A stretch of 63,443 nucleotides of DNA, counting the filler, from Dicyema japonicum (taxonomy: Eukaryota; Animalia; Dicyemida): assembly GCA_011109175.1 (NCBI GenBank). It is 9 parts of 9 records of this genome, joined end to end, with 100 filler letters (N's around TTAATTAATTAA, not from the genome) between each part and the next. Parts side by side here need not be neighbours in the genome. Positions count along the whole stretch, not along the records: positions 38,197 to 43,879 come from RDEW01000240.1; positions 43,980 to 45,979 come from RDEW01000258.1; positions 46,080 to 51,575 come from RDEW01000049.1; 6 more parts are not named here. The stretch is one strand, 5' to 3'. How positions within the stretch are numbered: the stretch's first letter is position 1; each line of letters starts with the position of its first letter. Both the position numbers and the translations under genes were made by a program. This document shows positions 40,206 to 51,265 of the stretch, one piece after another. The notes below the pieces were generated by a model. That model made no database searches. It saw only the letters and a list, made by a program, of their open reading frames with translations, and was not told the origin of the DNA.

Positions 40206-40329
40206 TCAAAAAAAACATAGCTCTACAAACAGTGGTGCTTTTAGAGAATATGAAGCTTGATTAAATAAAAGCTTTTCTTATAATAAAATTAATTTAAGAA
40301 TAAAATCCAATAAATAGTAAAAGTAGGTC

Positions 40330-41269
40330 ATGAAACTATTGAGCGCATGTCTTGGAAGTGCTACTGCATTATTTGTATATAGTCGGCCCACGGAGGAGTC
40401 TAATGGACAGAAACAATATCAAAGTAATCTTTTTTCCTAAAAAATATATTTAGAACCAGTAGACCACAAATTCTACGGATTACCAACGAATAATACAATC
40501 CAACGTACATATTCCTACCATACAGTTAACTACGACACAACCAAAAAAGTATCTCACTGGTCTCAATATTTAATAACAAAAAATAACATGGAAGGTCTGC
40601 CAAATGTTATAATTCTCAAGGTAGTGCAAATAGAAGAAACTGCCGGTTTCAAAATGACGAAAATATTTCAAAACATTTCTCGACCCTTGGTGACTACAAA
40701 AGAAGTGGATTTTCGAGAGGACATCTCAGTCCATCGGGGTCATTTAATTTCGATCAGGTTAATGGTTTGTTCTATCTTAGAATGGAATGTGCGACACTTT
40801 TTATTTGACGAATATTGTCCCTCAGAATTTTGATCAAAATTCGGGAATTTGGAATGAATTGGAACAATTTCTGAGAAACGATTTAATTTCGAATTTTGAC
40901 AATATTTGGGTAGTAACTGGCCCAGCATTTCTTCCATCCGAGTCCAATCGAACCGAGATTCGAATAAAAGTATTTTGAGTAGTTCATTTACGAGGTCATT
41001 GGAAATAATCACGTGTGGGGTCCCAACTCACACATATAAAGTTGTTTTGTGCCAGTCTCAAAATGATACTTATTTGGGGGCCTTTTTGATTCGAAATGAG
41101 TCTCGTGGATATCCAAAAGATTTTTTGTTACAACATGGATTTTTTTGAAATTTTGAGTATAAATTAGGCCAGTATTGATGAATTGGAACAAGATCTTGGA
41201 TTTGATTTTTTCCCGGAACTTGATAGAACAAATGTCAAGGATTTACGTGAATATCTGGAAAAGGATTAG
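40330..41269 (+). CDS. EXOG: Mitochondrial EndoG-family nuclease, EXOG-like; introns of 30, 26, 23, 25 and 31 nt (the last lacks a GT donor); one G-run indel at 41017-41020
   Basis: GFSRGHLSP (SRGH active site), TFYLTNIVPQNFDQNSGIWNELE, VVTGPAFLP, VPTHTYKV, LEQDLGFDFFP. Confidence 0.85.
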
Positions 41270-41654
41270 ATTAGTTTAAAGATTTTTTCTGGTTTTTTCT
41301 TGGTTATGTATTAATTTTCATTTCAGATTATTTCATTTTATTAGGAATTTAATTTATTTATTCTAATGAAATGAGTCTAATTTTTTTTAATAAGTAACCC
41401 GACTGAGCTCGCGGGGGTCGTTTCTAATTTTTCCGAGATGGCGGCCTCTCTCGGTGAGGAAACGTAGCGTTGATGGTCCTAGAGTGCCGGAAGTTTCGAC
41501 GGACACAGGTTCAAAGGAGAATCTGTCCAGTAGGGATGCGTATTTATTTGTTTTCCGAACCTCCTAATTTTAGAAGGCATTAATCATTTTATGGAGTTAC
41601 TATTATTCTTTTGTTTCAGGCGGTAACTTCCCTCTCTTGCAAAAATGTCTTTTC

Positions 41655-41975
41655 ACGCTGGTATCCGCTAGCACCGTAAACGTTAGAGGACTCAATCCCA
41701 TTTACAAAAAACTTCAAACCGCAAAAGTTCTAAGACAACACAAGGTGTCAATTTGTTACTTGCACGAGACGAAAATAACATAACACTGGTAACTGCAAGA
41801 TAGCAGACTACACGCTTATTACCTCCCAACGACATGTCGTCACTACGGCCTGGGGTTTGCAATCAACCGAAAATTGAAAAGCATGTATCCCGGGTGTGGT
41901 CTGTCTCTGACAGGATTGCGGTGCTTCAAATCAAATGGGGAACCAGACCCAACTCCCTGGTCACAATCATTTTAA
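41655..41975 (+). mobile_element. RTE-like APE endonuclease fragment
   Basis: TVNVRGLN..LHETK..CRHYGLGFAI..SDRIAVLQI, same family as 9290-12060. Confidence 0.75.
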
Positions 41976-42789
41976 AAATTTTCTTGGGAATTGGTTACAG
42001 CGAGAATCGTAGATGCATGGCTTAACCGGGACTCATATCAGTTTTTGCACGTTGCTGAGGTAACTCACTATCTCCTACCATCAAAACCCTGACTTATTTA
42101 CATAAACGAACACCACGCTTGATTTACATCAACTTTCTTAATTTACCATTCAAATTAAACTTAGAGGTCACGTGTCTTTAAAAGATAGTCCCAAATAAAA
42201 TTCTGTTTAGTGTGTGTCTTGAATTAGACAATTATCGTGATTAGAACAGAATCAGACTGCATAGGAGTGCATCAGCATGAAGATAAAAATTCACATCTTC
42301 TACAATATATTATACTCTGAATCCAACACGTAAGAGATATAGTAAGCAATATACTTTTCCTGATTCCGGCACTAATCATATTTTTTTCATGTTCAGATTT
42401 AGTTTCTTTGTCTTTTTCTTTCTTTTTTACTCCCAATGCTCCTAAAATAGCTTTCTGTCATATCCTAATTCTTCAAATCTTTTTTCAATTTTCGAGTGGG
42501 GATCGAGATTTCTATAATTACGAATAAGTAGACTACATTATATTTTATTTATTTAAAGTAATGTCAGTGTCATGACTTCCCAGAAATTTTAATTCCTTGA
42601 GAAATTTATATTGTGAGCAAATTTCCTCTCAAATTTCAGTTTTTTAGTCTGGAATTTTTGAAGAAGATAAAATTCGTTATTTCATGATCAATGTTTTGTG
42701 ATATGATTTATGAAAAATGTATTTTTTTATAATTTATGATTTTGTTACATATTATTGTTTTGTTTTTAATGTAATATACATCACATTAA

Positions 42790-43658
42790 ATGAGCCCCCG
42801 TTGGCAAAAGACAACCAAGATGAGTCAGGACATTTGAATCAAGTCGAGAAATGTCGTTAACGAAGAGAAAGGCCTCATTTTGTGTGAGGATTACATAAGA
42901 TAAGAACACAGGGTTATATTCTACGTCGGCTCCCCTTAGATTAAGCAACCCTTCAATCAGAAATAATAACTAACAGGCAATTTCGTCCAGTTGAGTCACC
43001 CAAACATACAGAGGCACCTTCATCTCTCATATTTTCCCCGTACTTTTTCTGACCTTATCTTCCAGGATTGTCCAGAATATTTAATTTCGAGTGGAAAAAT
43101 GCGAGATTTTGGTGCTGGTGGCCTGTCGGTCCAAATTCTGTCCACCAAATTTCTTGAACTGGGATAAGGCTCATCTTCTTTTGTTCAAGTTTCTTTGAAA
43201 GTGACTCCCATTGGTCTATCAATGAAAAACGACAAATACTAAAATCCATGAGGGAAGGATCACACCCAACTGACGACCCAGAACCAAGTTCCTATTAATG
43301 AGTTAAACAATGTTACTTGACTAAGCCAATCCCCCATGGAGGGAGTGTCTGGGCCCCTGTTGAAATGTAGAAGTGGAGGGATACCTTGTTTCATTAGAAT
43401 CCAGGAATCAAGATCCAGTTCTGTTGAGGCCTGGTTCCAATATCGTCCGTCTGTCCATAATGCGGCCTTGCTTGAAGTTACGACTGCAGTTCCTGCCGAG
43501 CCTGTAAATTTGGAGACGAATTGACGGCGGTTTGCATTGGCTGGTGTATATTCGCTTTGATGTTCGTCTGAGGTTGGGATGATATATGCATTTATGGGAG
43601 GAAAAGTGAGTGTATATTGTTTACGTAACAAAGACAAAATAGACTGAGACCCAGACAT
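42790..43658 (-). CDS. XPNPEP1: Xaa-Pro aminopeptidase 1, N-terminal about 230 aa only; introns of 28, 25, 24 and 24 nt; several homopolymer indels
   Basis: [72 protein letters not shown]. Confidence 0.85.
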
Positions 43659-44109
43659 GTTGTTAATGATAAAATATAGTCTATGTTTAATATTTAGTTT
43701 AACATTTAAATAATAATTCATATAATTAAACAAAAAAAATGAAAAACGTGAATATATTTAATTTATCAAGAACAAGCTATTTTTTGATGAGCGTTCTCTC
43801 AAGGCAAACTTTAGAAATGATCCCTAGAAGTATAGCCATTAATGGGTTTGTCGATGTGGGTCACCTTCTCGTGGTGGCANNNNNNNNNNNNNNNNNNNNN
43901 NNNNNNNNNNNNNNNNNNNNNNNTTAATTAATTAANNNNNNNNNNNNNNNNNNNNNNNNNNNNNNNNNNNNNNNNNNNNAACGGAATACACGAAAATTGT
44001 TCGAACTAAACGCCACTATGATGAACCCTGGAGAAAGCATTAAAAAGTTGGATCACTGCTAGGTGACTCTGAAGATGTCAACTATAGAAAGATACTATCA
44101 ATCGCTGCG

Positions 44110-44320
44110 TATAATAAACTCCTAAACATTTGGCGCCTAAAAAAGCTAAATATAAAAACAAACTAAAGATCTATAACACGTTTGTTGTTCCAGTCCTGAC
44201 GTATAACGGATCGACATGGGGAATCACCAAAGCTGAAATGAACAGTTTGAACCAATTTCATCGAAACCAACTGAGAAGAATTATAAACATACAATTCCCA
44301 AGAAAAATATCAAACTCAGG
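44110..44320 (+). mobile_element. RTE-like LINE C-terminal fragment
   Basis: KLKIYNTFVVPVLTYNGSTWG..FHRNQLRRIINIQFPRKISN. Confidence 0.7.
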
Positions 44321-45035
44321 ATAGAGTCGGGACAGCTGTCACTAGGGAACACGAGACACAAGAACAGAGGGAACGGCGACAAGATCGGAACACAAGAAGA
44401 AATTCAGTTAGGAGGAACCAACAAACTCAAGATGAACATCAGACAGAAAATCGACTGCGAGTTTCACGCAGGAATCGTAGGGTATCTAATTCTATTTGTT
44501 TAGAAAACACTGGATTTAATTATAATAGAGTAATTGAGTATAGAAATTTAGGTAATGTCGGTTCTTTAACGGAAAAATGCAGTTTGTGTTTAGCGATGAA
44601 ATTCAATGGGGAAACTATTGGAATTTGCTGCAGTCGGGGAAAGGTATGTTTACCAGCTTTAGAAGCGCCTCCAGAGCCTCTTCTAACACTGTTAAGAAGT
44701 GAAACACCTTCGTCTAGGCACTTCATTGATAATATTCGCAGGTACAATAATGCTTTTCAGATGACATCTTTTGGTACAAGCGGTAATTTCAAGCAGACTG
44801 GCTATATGCCAACATTTAAGGTGCTTGGGCAGGTATATCATAGGATGGGGTCACTACTGCCAAATGATGACCAAGATTTCAAATTTTTACAAATTTACTT
44901 TATAGATAATCACGANGTGCTTTTCAGATGATATCTTTTGGTACAACCGGTAATTTGAATCCGACTGGGTATATGCCAACATTTAAGGTGCTTGGGAAAG
45001 TATATCATAGGATGGGGTCACTACTGCCAAATGAT
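44320..45035 (+). mobile_element. Helitron Rep/helicase N-terminal region (charged STPR-like repeats and Cys-rich domain), partly duplicated after the N at 44916
   Basis: ETQEQRERRQDRN.., CSLCLAMKFNGETIGICCSRGKV, HFIDNIRRYNNAFQMTSFG, PTFKVLGQVYH..GSLLP, KFLQIYF. Confidence 0.85.
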
Positions 45036-45051
45036 GCGAATGGCGGGTGGT

Positions 45052-45215
45052 AAGAATCTGGAAAGTTTCGATCAAAATATCGTTGATCAGAATACCCAAG
45101 ACCTGGAAAGTTCCGTACAAAATATCGAGGTTGAAAAAGCAAAAGATCAGGAAAAATTCCAACAAAATATCATGGATCATAAAGGAAAAGATCTGGAAAG
45201 TTTTGAAAAATTTAT
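45052..45215 (+). repeat. 45-nt (15-aa) imperfect tandem repeat, 3.5 units, in an open frame
   Basis: KNLESFDQNIVDQNT / QDLESSVQNIEVEKA / KDQEKFQQNIMDHKG / KDLESF at 45052, 45097, 45142, 45187. Confidence 0.8.
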
Positions 45216-45305
45216 CTTTTATCAAAACCAAAGAATTAAAGGAGTTTGGGGGGGAGTAACAAAGAAGACGTGTGCACAAACAGTTTATTTGATGTAAGTG
45301 TAGCC

Positions 45306-45490
45306 AATGTAGGTAGTGTAGGTGGTAATTTAGGTGTAGGTAATGCTGGAAATCTAGGCGCTGGCAATGTAGGTAGTGTANGTGGTAATTTAGGTGTAGG
45401 TAATGCAGGAAATCTCGGCGCTGGCAATGTAGGTAGTGTAGGTGCATGCGTAGGGAATGTAGGTGCAGGCAAGGTAGGTAGTGTAGGTGT
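45306..45490. repeat. 60-nt minisatellite built of GTAGGT subunits
   Basis: aatgtaggtagtgtagg at 45306, 45366, 45426; open on both strands (NVGSVGG / PTLPTLP). Confidence 0.85.
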
Positions 45491-45499
45491 AAGAGATGT

Positions 45500-45979
45500 C
45501 GCCGAAAATATGATTAGTCATCAGTGCTCAGAAGATAATCAGACGTTTCGTCTGGATGAAAATAAGATTAGCAAAGAGGTATTAATATTAGAATTACTTT
45601 TTAGTGTCTGGAAACGGATAAGCAAGTTAGAAACATAGAATATGAGGAAAATATACAGGTTTTAGATAATTTATATAGCACGAAACGAAGAAAAGTTAGT
45701 GCAGAAAATAATAATTTTAAACGATATAGTTTAGATGATATAAGTGTTAGTTCAAATGAGACGTTCGCTATCTCAAATTTTAGACGAGAAAAGAATAGGT
45801 TGCGAATGGCAAGGAAAAGGGCAGGCGAATCACAAGAACAGAAGGAACATCGACAAGTATGCAACAGAATAAGAGCAGCTATAAGAAGGAGGCAAGAGAC
45901 CGATGATATGAGGAATCTTAGAAAAGAACAAAATAGATTAAGGACTTTTGTTAGTAGGGAACAAGAGCCACAAGAACAG
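45500..45979 (+). mobile_element. Helitron ORF extreme N-terminus with STPR-like repeats
   Basis: RLRMARKRAGESQEQKEHRQ..RRRQETDDMRNLR..REQEPQEQ; the last 25 nt resemble 44343-44370. Confidence 0.6.
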
Positions 45980-46499
45980 NNNNNNNNNNNNNNNNNNNNN
46001 NNNNNNNNNNNNNNNNNNNNNNNTTAATTAATTAANNNNNNNNNNNNNNNNNNNNNNNNNNNNNNNNNNNNNNNNNNNNACGCACTACGGCATAAAATGC
46101 CCCCAAACAAAACAAGGAGACAGTTTTCAAATCCGGGAAACAACCGGCGGGAGAAGATAAAGAGATTGCCCAAAGTGAAGGAATCAGCAATGGGAATATA
46201 CCGGCGGGTTTGTTAAAACGAATTAGTTAGAGGGAATTACTAATACTTTTGGGGGAATGTAAGTTATCGAGTCCAAAATTGATAAATTTCTTCGTTCATG
46301 ATTGTCTGTTAAAGACTTAGTTTTGTTGAATGATGAAACATACAACTGCCCTTTATAGCCAGAGTTGGTAATCCTTTTCTGTAATTGAAGACCAACTTTG
46401 AACATGAGGTAAATTTTTTAATATTTATAAAAGATAAATTTTTTATATTTTAATAAAGTTTTAACATTCAAATTTATTTATCATTGTTGCTGTTGTTAA

Positions 46500-47500
46500 C
46501 AAAATATCAATTTTTAATGACATTCTTCAACAAGTGAGCAATGTGTTGCCTTGAAAGGATGATGGTTCCAACATTGGGTTTCCTGGTTCTATGCATAAAA
46601 GAAAGGAACCTTCAGTAATTGATCAGTCTGAGACTACCGGGAGAGAATGCCGGTTTTTACCGAGTCAGTTGATATGGTCAATTCTCGGGAGGAAAGGGTA
46701 AATCTTAATGCGTAACAGGCGTATTTATGTTCAGAGTAGTGATTTGGTGATAGAACTGCTGATGCAGGTCACATGAGGAAGGGAGAGGGCTCTTCTGTGC
46801 AATAACCATTAAAAATTATTATTAGAAACCCCTTGATCATGAATTCATAGCGTGAAGGGTAAATGTCATTAACATGCTGAATACCTAGAGTTTTCTGTCA
46901 TCTTAAGGCGAACTCTTCCCAAAAGAGTATTCTCACCCAGTTCTTGTATGGAGGTACAAGTGACATTAAGATCTTCCTAGTGAGATTTGAAACAGAATCA
47001 AAAGACTTGTGTATGTCGATTGATACCTGAGCCGTCAGTAAGCAAATGAGTTTTCGCATTGAAGATATCCTCATAAACTCGGAAATAGATCACTCGCTCA
47101 ATATCAATGAGACACTGACGGGCAGTGGAGATTAGTATTAGAACAAGACATTCAACATGGTGCAAGTTATGGTGACAGGACGATCTTGGAAGATTATTGA
47201 CCCAAATAATTTATTTGTTTCATTAACCCCAAAATCAAGAGAAAGAGGATAAAAGTTATCGTCTAATCAAGTCATTCCGGTGTCCATACCAGTCCTTTTC
47301 TGCGGTTAGTTTTGGAGTCCTGGAGTAATCACCACTCGGGAAGGTTTCTTCCCATATCTCCATTGTTTGATGTGCGGGCCGAGGGGATGGTCAGGGGAAT
47401 ATTCCATCTTGAAGAAGTCCCAGTGATGTTCCGTAAGTATTCCATGATTGGGGGACGTTTAGTGTTTTCCGTAGTAACGAGGTGGACGTCATTTTCGACT
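46500..47500 (-). mobile_element. Jockey/I-like LINE RT fragment
   Basis: VSIDIHKSFDSVS, EFALR, collinear with 8520-9240. Confidence 0.7.
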
Positions 47501-47589
47501 TTTCAATAGTATTTTGAGATCGATTTTGTAAAACTTCCAGCTTGCTCTGTGCCGATATTGACAAGGGGGCAATCCAGCAGCACAGGCGT

Positions 47590-48060
47590 ACTGATACTAG
47601 GTAATGAAAATGAATTAAAATAACAGGTTATGGAATAGGTATCTATCAGTCCGCCAGTTGGCCTGGACTGTTCATCCGGGTACCCCTTTTCCTTGCTAAC
47701 TATCCATTTGCTGGTCTAGGTTACATATCCTAATATATCTCCAGAACGTTGTAGGTACAAAGCCAGTACGCCCATCTCCAGTTAGTTCTCCCTTTGTAGG
47801 TTCTTTCCCCAGTATATTCTTCCACAGTATTCCCAAGCCGTCCTGTAGGGACCGATGATGTGGTTAACAAAGTCCCGTGTAGATCCCAATTCGAATGTAG
47901 GGAACAATTAGTGTGGGTACCCCCTGTAGGTCCCAACTCCAGTATGTACTTCCACAGTAGTCCCAAGTCCTATAGGGATCAATGGACTGGGTAACAAAGT
48001 CCCATGTAAACCCGGATACAATTGTAGAGATCAATTGGTGTGGATACTAGGTCCAACTTG
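47590..48060 (+). CDS. Candidate unknown protein with a tandem 42-aa module PVxxSTVxPSxxxGxxxxxNKVPC-x5-CRxQLVW
   Basis: Two units 127 nt apart with mostly third-position differences; candidate 26-nt (47601-47626) and 25-nt (47720-47744) GT-AG introns; frame needs homopolymer corrections. Confidence 0.4.
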
Positions 48061-48384
48061 GAAAATATCCGGAGATTTTGACCCTTTGGCTACTGCGTCC
48101 CCCAAAAGGTTCCTTCTTCTTGTAACATGACCCTTGTAATGTGGATCCTCGCCTTGAAACTCCTTCGATTTGAAAACATGAACGTAGCACCAGAGACACC
48201 ACCTTACATTACTAGCTAGAACAAATTGTTTGTATAGAAGCTCTACAATAGACAAGAAGATATTGGAGAGTGAGTTAAAGCCTTGAGAATTCCATATAAT
48301 TATTGTGACCGGTTCAGAATAAGATACGGTTGAATACGAGCCGTTAAACATCGATTTTAAATGTACCGATTTAAACAGCAATGT

Positions 48385-49600
48385 GTTCGTTTAAGCCACT
48401 TTTTCGTGTTTTTTTATTATTATCAAGATAGACCCTTCTAACAACGCGATCACCGATGTTAAAGATAGAAATATCATTCTTTCACCTTCTTTTAGTTAAC
48501 ATTTTTCTTTCAGCAATGTTTGAATTTAAAATTGCTTTTGTTCTCAAAGTTTCATTTGATGACCAAAACCATGCAAGATATTCAGTTGCTTCAGTTTGTG
48601 TTTCTTCATTCCATAAATCAATTTGGTTGAATATTTCATTCATTTCCTCTTCTGAGTAATGATTATTTATGGTTTCATTAACAGAAGCTCCGAACATCAA
48701 TTTAAAAAAGCGTGCAAAGTTGTTGAATGCTAAACAAAATTATAGGAACTTGTAATTTCTTCAATTATGTCTATCCATTTGAAATTCAAATTCTTTGAAA
48801 AACAGATTGAATAAATCATAAATTTCAATGTCTGATTCAGACGCTCGACTTGTCCCTGCACCCAAGGACACCTAGGACGTACCGTGACGTGTTTTATACC
48901 ATTTGTTGAGCATAACTCGAACATTTTTTCATTTACAAATTCCTTGCCATTGTCCGTGTGCAAAATGGTAGGTTTTCCAAACATTAAAAATATGCTCTTT
49001 ATTTCACTTGGCACCTCCGTAGCCGATTTACTCTTTAGAGGTTTTGTCCAGCAAAATTTGGAAAAGAAATCCAACCCAACCAAAAGCCAGTAAAAATTTT
49101 CATTGAAATTTGAAGTGTCGTATATCAACCAAATCAAAAATATACCTGAAATTAGAATAGTTAACTAATACCTTTCTCTCACTGTATGTGCTCTGATAGG
49201 TGTTATAGTTGGTAGGGTGTGTTCATAAGCCGTCTTATCAGACATTGTGAACAAGACCTGAGAACAACCATAACTTCATCTCTGCAAAATCCATAACCTA
49301 GATTCTTTAGAAGAGAAAAGAAGTCTATCACGACCAGGATGTCCATTTTTGAGGTGAACATTTTCAATAAATATCCTCTTCTGTTCATCTTCTTCCACAG
49401 CGAACACGTGCAATAAAATTCCACTTGTTTTGCAAAAAATAGTTGAGCCGGGAATGAGTCTTTTAGTCTGAATAATGACGCAGTTCTTATGAAATTTCGT
49501 TTCTCCTTCAGAAAATTGGATTGTGTAATTTGATATCTCAGATAGGTCATTATTTCTTGCTTTTGTGGCAGAGAAAAATAGACAACCTTCATAACAAAAA
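48385..49600 (-). mobile_element. Ginger-like DNA transposon integrase (HHCC + rve DDE core + C-terminal domain) with a 26-nt intron (49171-49146)
   Basis: HLKNGHPGRDR..CSQC..TPIRAHTVRER|YIFDLVD..LDFFSKFCW..ILHTDNGKEF..PWVQGQVERLNQTLK..FNIGDRVVRRVYLDNNKKTRK; no RT or gag adjacent. Confidence 0.8.
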
Positions 49601-50149
49601 AAACAAGCGTGAGCAAAAATCTATTACTGTTCTATCAAAATGAATCAAATTGCTTGGGCAGGTGCGCTCGAGGGATCAGAAAGCTGTCAGGGGAAGTTCT
49701 TATACATATCTGCGAGTCATTTAGACTATTCCTTTGAATCAGGCAAACACAGAGGTTTCCACACACGGACTCCCGTACGTACAGTAGCATGATAACCTAG
49801 AATGATCAGAGTACTAATGGCATGTTTCTTTCTAAAACAAAGCTTTGGGATCTTCTGAACTGGCATCTCGTACGCGGAGCAGGACTTTGGAAATGGAGAG
49901 TTCGGCAAGCTGCGGGATCGTACTGGGAAATCGCCCAAGGAGGTTCAAGGGAAATTGACAAATAAATAGAATAGCTGTCAAAGAAAGTCCGACTGTCAAT
50001 CAAATGGTCAAACTCGACGAGTTTCATTGACTTTCTTAAAAGAGAACGTAACATAAATTTTATGATGAAACTCTCATACGATCTAATTGGATGTAACGTT
50101 ACTGCAAAACATAAAATCTCAAGTCTTCGTCACACATCTTACAATTTCG

Positions 50150-50520
50150 CGACATGGAACGTAAAAGGCGTAAACGAAGGTAAACAAAAAGCCGTAAAAA
50201 GATAAATGAGAAAGCTTGATATTGTTGACCTGTTTGGAATAAATGAACTTCACTGGATCGACAGTGGTTTTTTTCGTTTTGATAATTTCGTCAATTATTA
50301 TTCTGGTAAAATTAATGCGAGAGAAAAAGAGTGGCATTAATTGCTTCAAAGAAAATTGCCCTTGCTATTGAAATTCATAGAATATTTAATGATCGGATAA
50401 TACTAATCCACGTCCGTGGACGACCATTGAATATTACGGTCATGCAAGTGTATTCTCTAACATATATTTCCAAGGATTACGAAATTGACCAATTTCAGCA
50501 TGAATTTCAAGAGGCAAAAA
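50150..50520 (+). mobile_element. RTE/BovB-type endonuclease fragment
   Basis: ATWNVKG..GINELHW..NDRIILIHVRGRPLNITVMQVYS. Confidence 0.75.
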
Positions 50521-50683
50521 CTAATCTCCAAAAAAGACATAATCTGTATTCATATTCTGTATTTGTTTCATCAAACTACTAATTTTGTTGTGTAAATTAT
50601 ATATTTCCATTAATTCAGAACAATTTGGTCTTTGTCATTCCTCGATCTCAAATTATCTTAAAACAAGTCTACAATGCTTTGAC

Positions 50684-51265
50684 CAGTGGTTGTCAACCTT
50701 TTTGATTTGCGGGCCAAATCAATAATTAACAACTGTTAAATTGCCGCAAAAAAATTTTGGCCCTTTGTATTACCCTCACTGTTTTTCTCAAATACCACGT
50801 GAGAAAGCGAATCACTAGACAAGACAGCTGTTTCTCCTGGTCCCCTTTCGACGTCACCTACGAGTTCAGAATTTCTTAATAAGATGATTAGTCAATATTG
50901 TTACTTCATCACCATGGTTGTCAACTTTTAGCCCATGTCTATGTTAGATTGTCATGCTCTCTAAAGTTTTTTTAATCTCATTGATTGGATGTACTCCTTG
51001 TAGAGACATCCACGTTAAATCTTTCCATATAGGACTTGTAGTACTTTGCTACTACTCCATCTCATGTCAAAACTATCGGAGTTATTGTTACCTAGGGTTT
51101 GAGAATTTGTGCTAGTTCATCACAATAAAATATTAATGATATTAATTAATTAAAATATAATTAAAAAATCTTTAATGTAAAAACATAGTTAAATATGTAA
51201 TATTTTTATAATTTTATGCTGGCCGCATCTCATGCAGGCCGATGTTCCGCAGTTGAGAACCACTG
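50684..51265. mobile_element. hAT MITE
   Basis: CAGTGGTTGTCAACC ... GTTGAGAACCACTG; imperfect TSD gctttgac/ctgttgac. Confidence 0.65.

Noticed and set aside
42180-42560. Charged minus-strand reading (KRFEELGYDRKLF..KEKDKE) as a gene or as continuation of XPNPEP1
   Set aside because: Interrupted by stops and has no M24 or other convincing motif
48031-48381. Minus-strand ORF with IIIWNSQG as a LINE endonuclease
   Set aside because: No downstream QET, GD.N or SDH motifs in order; the adjacent repeat fits plus-strand coding better
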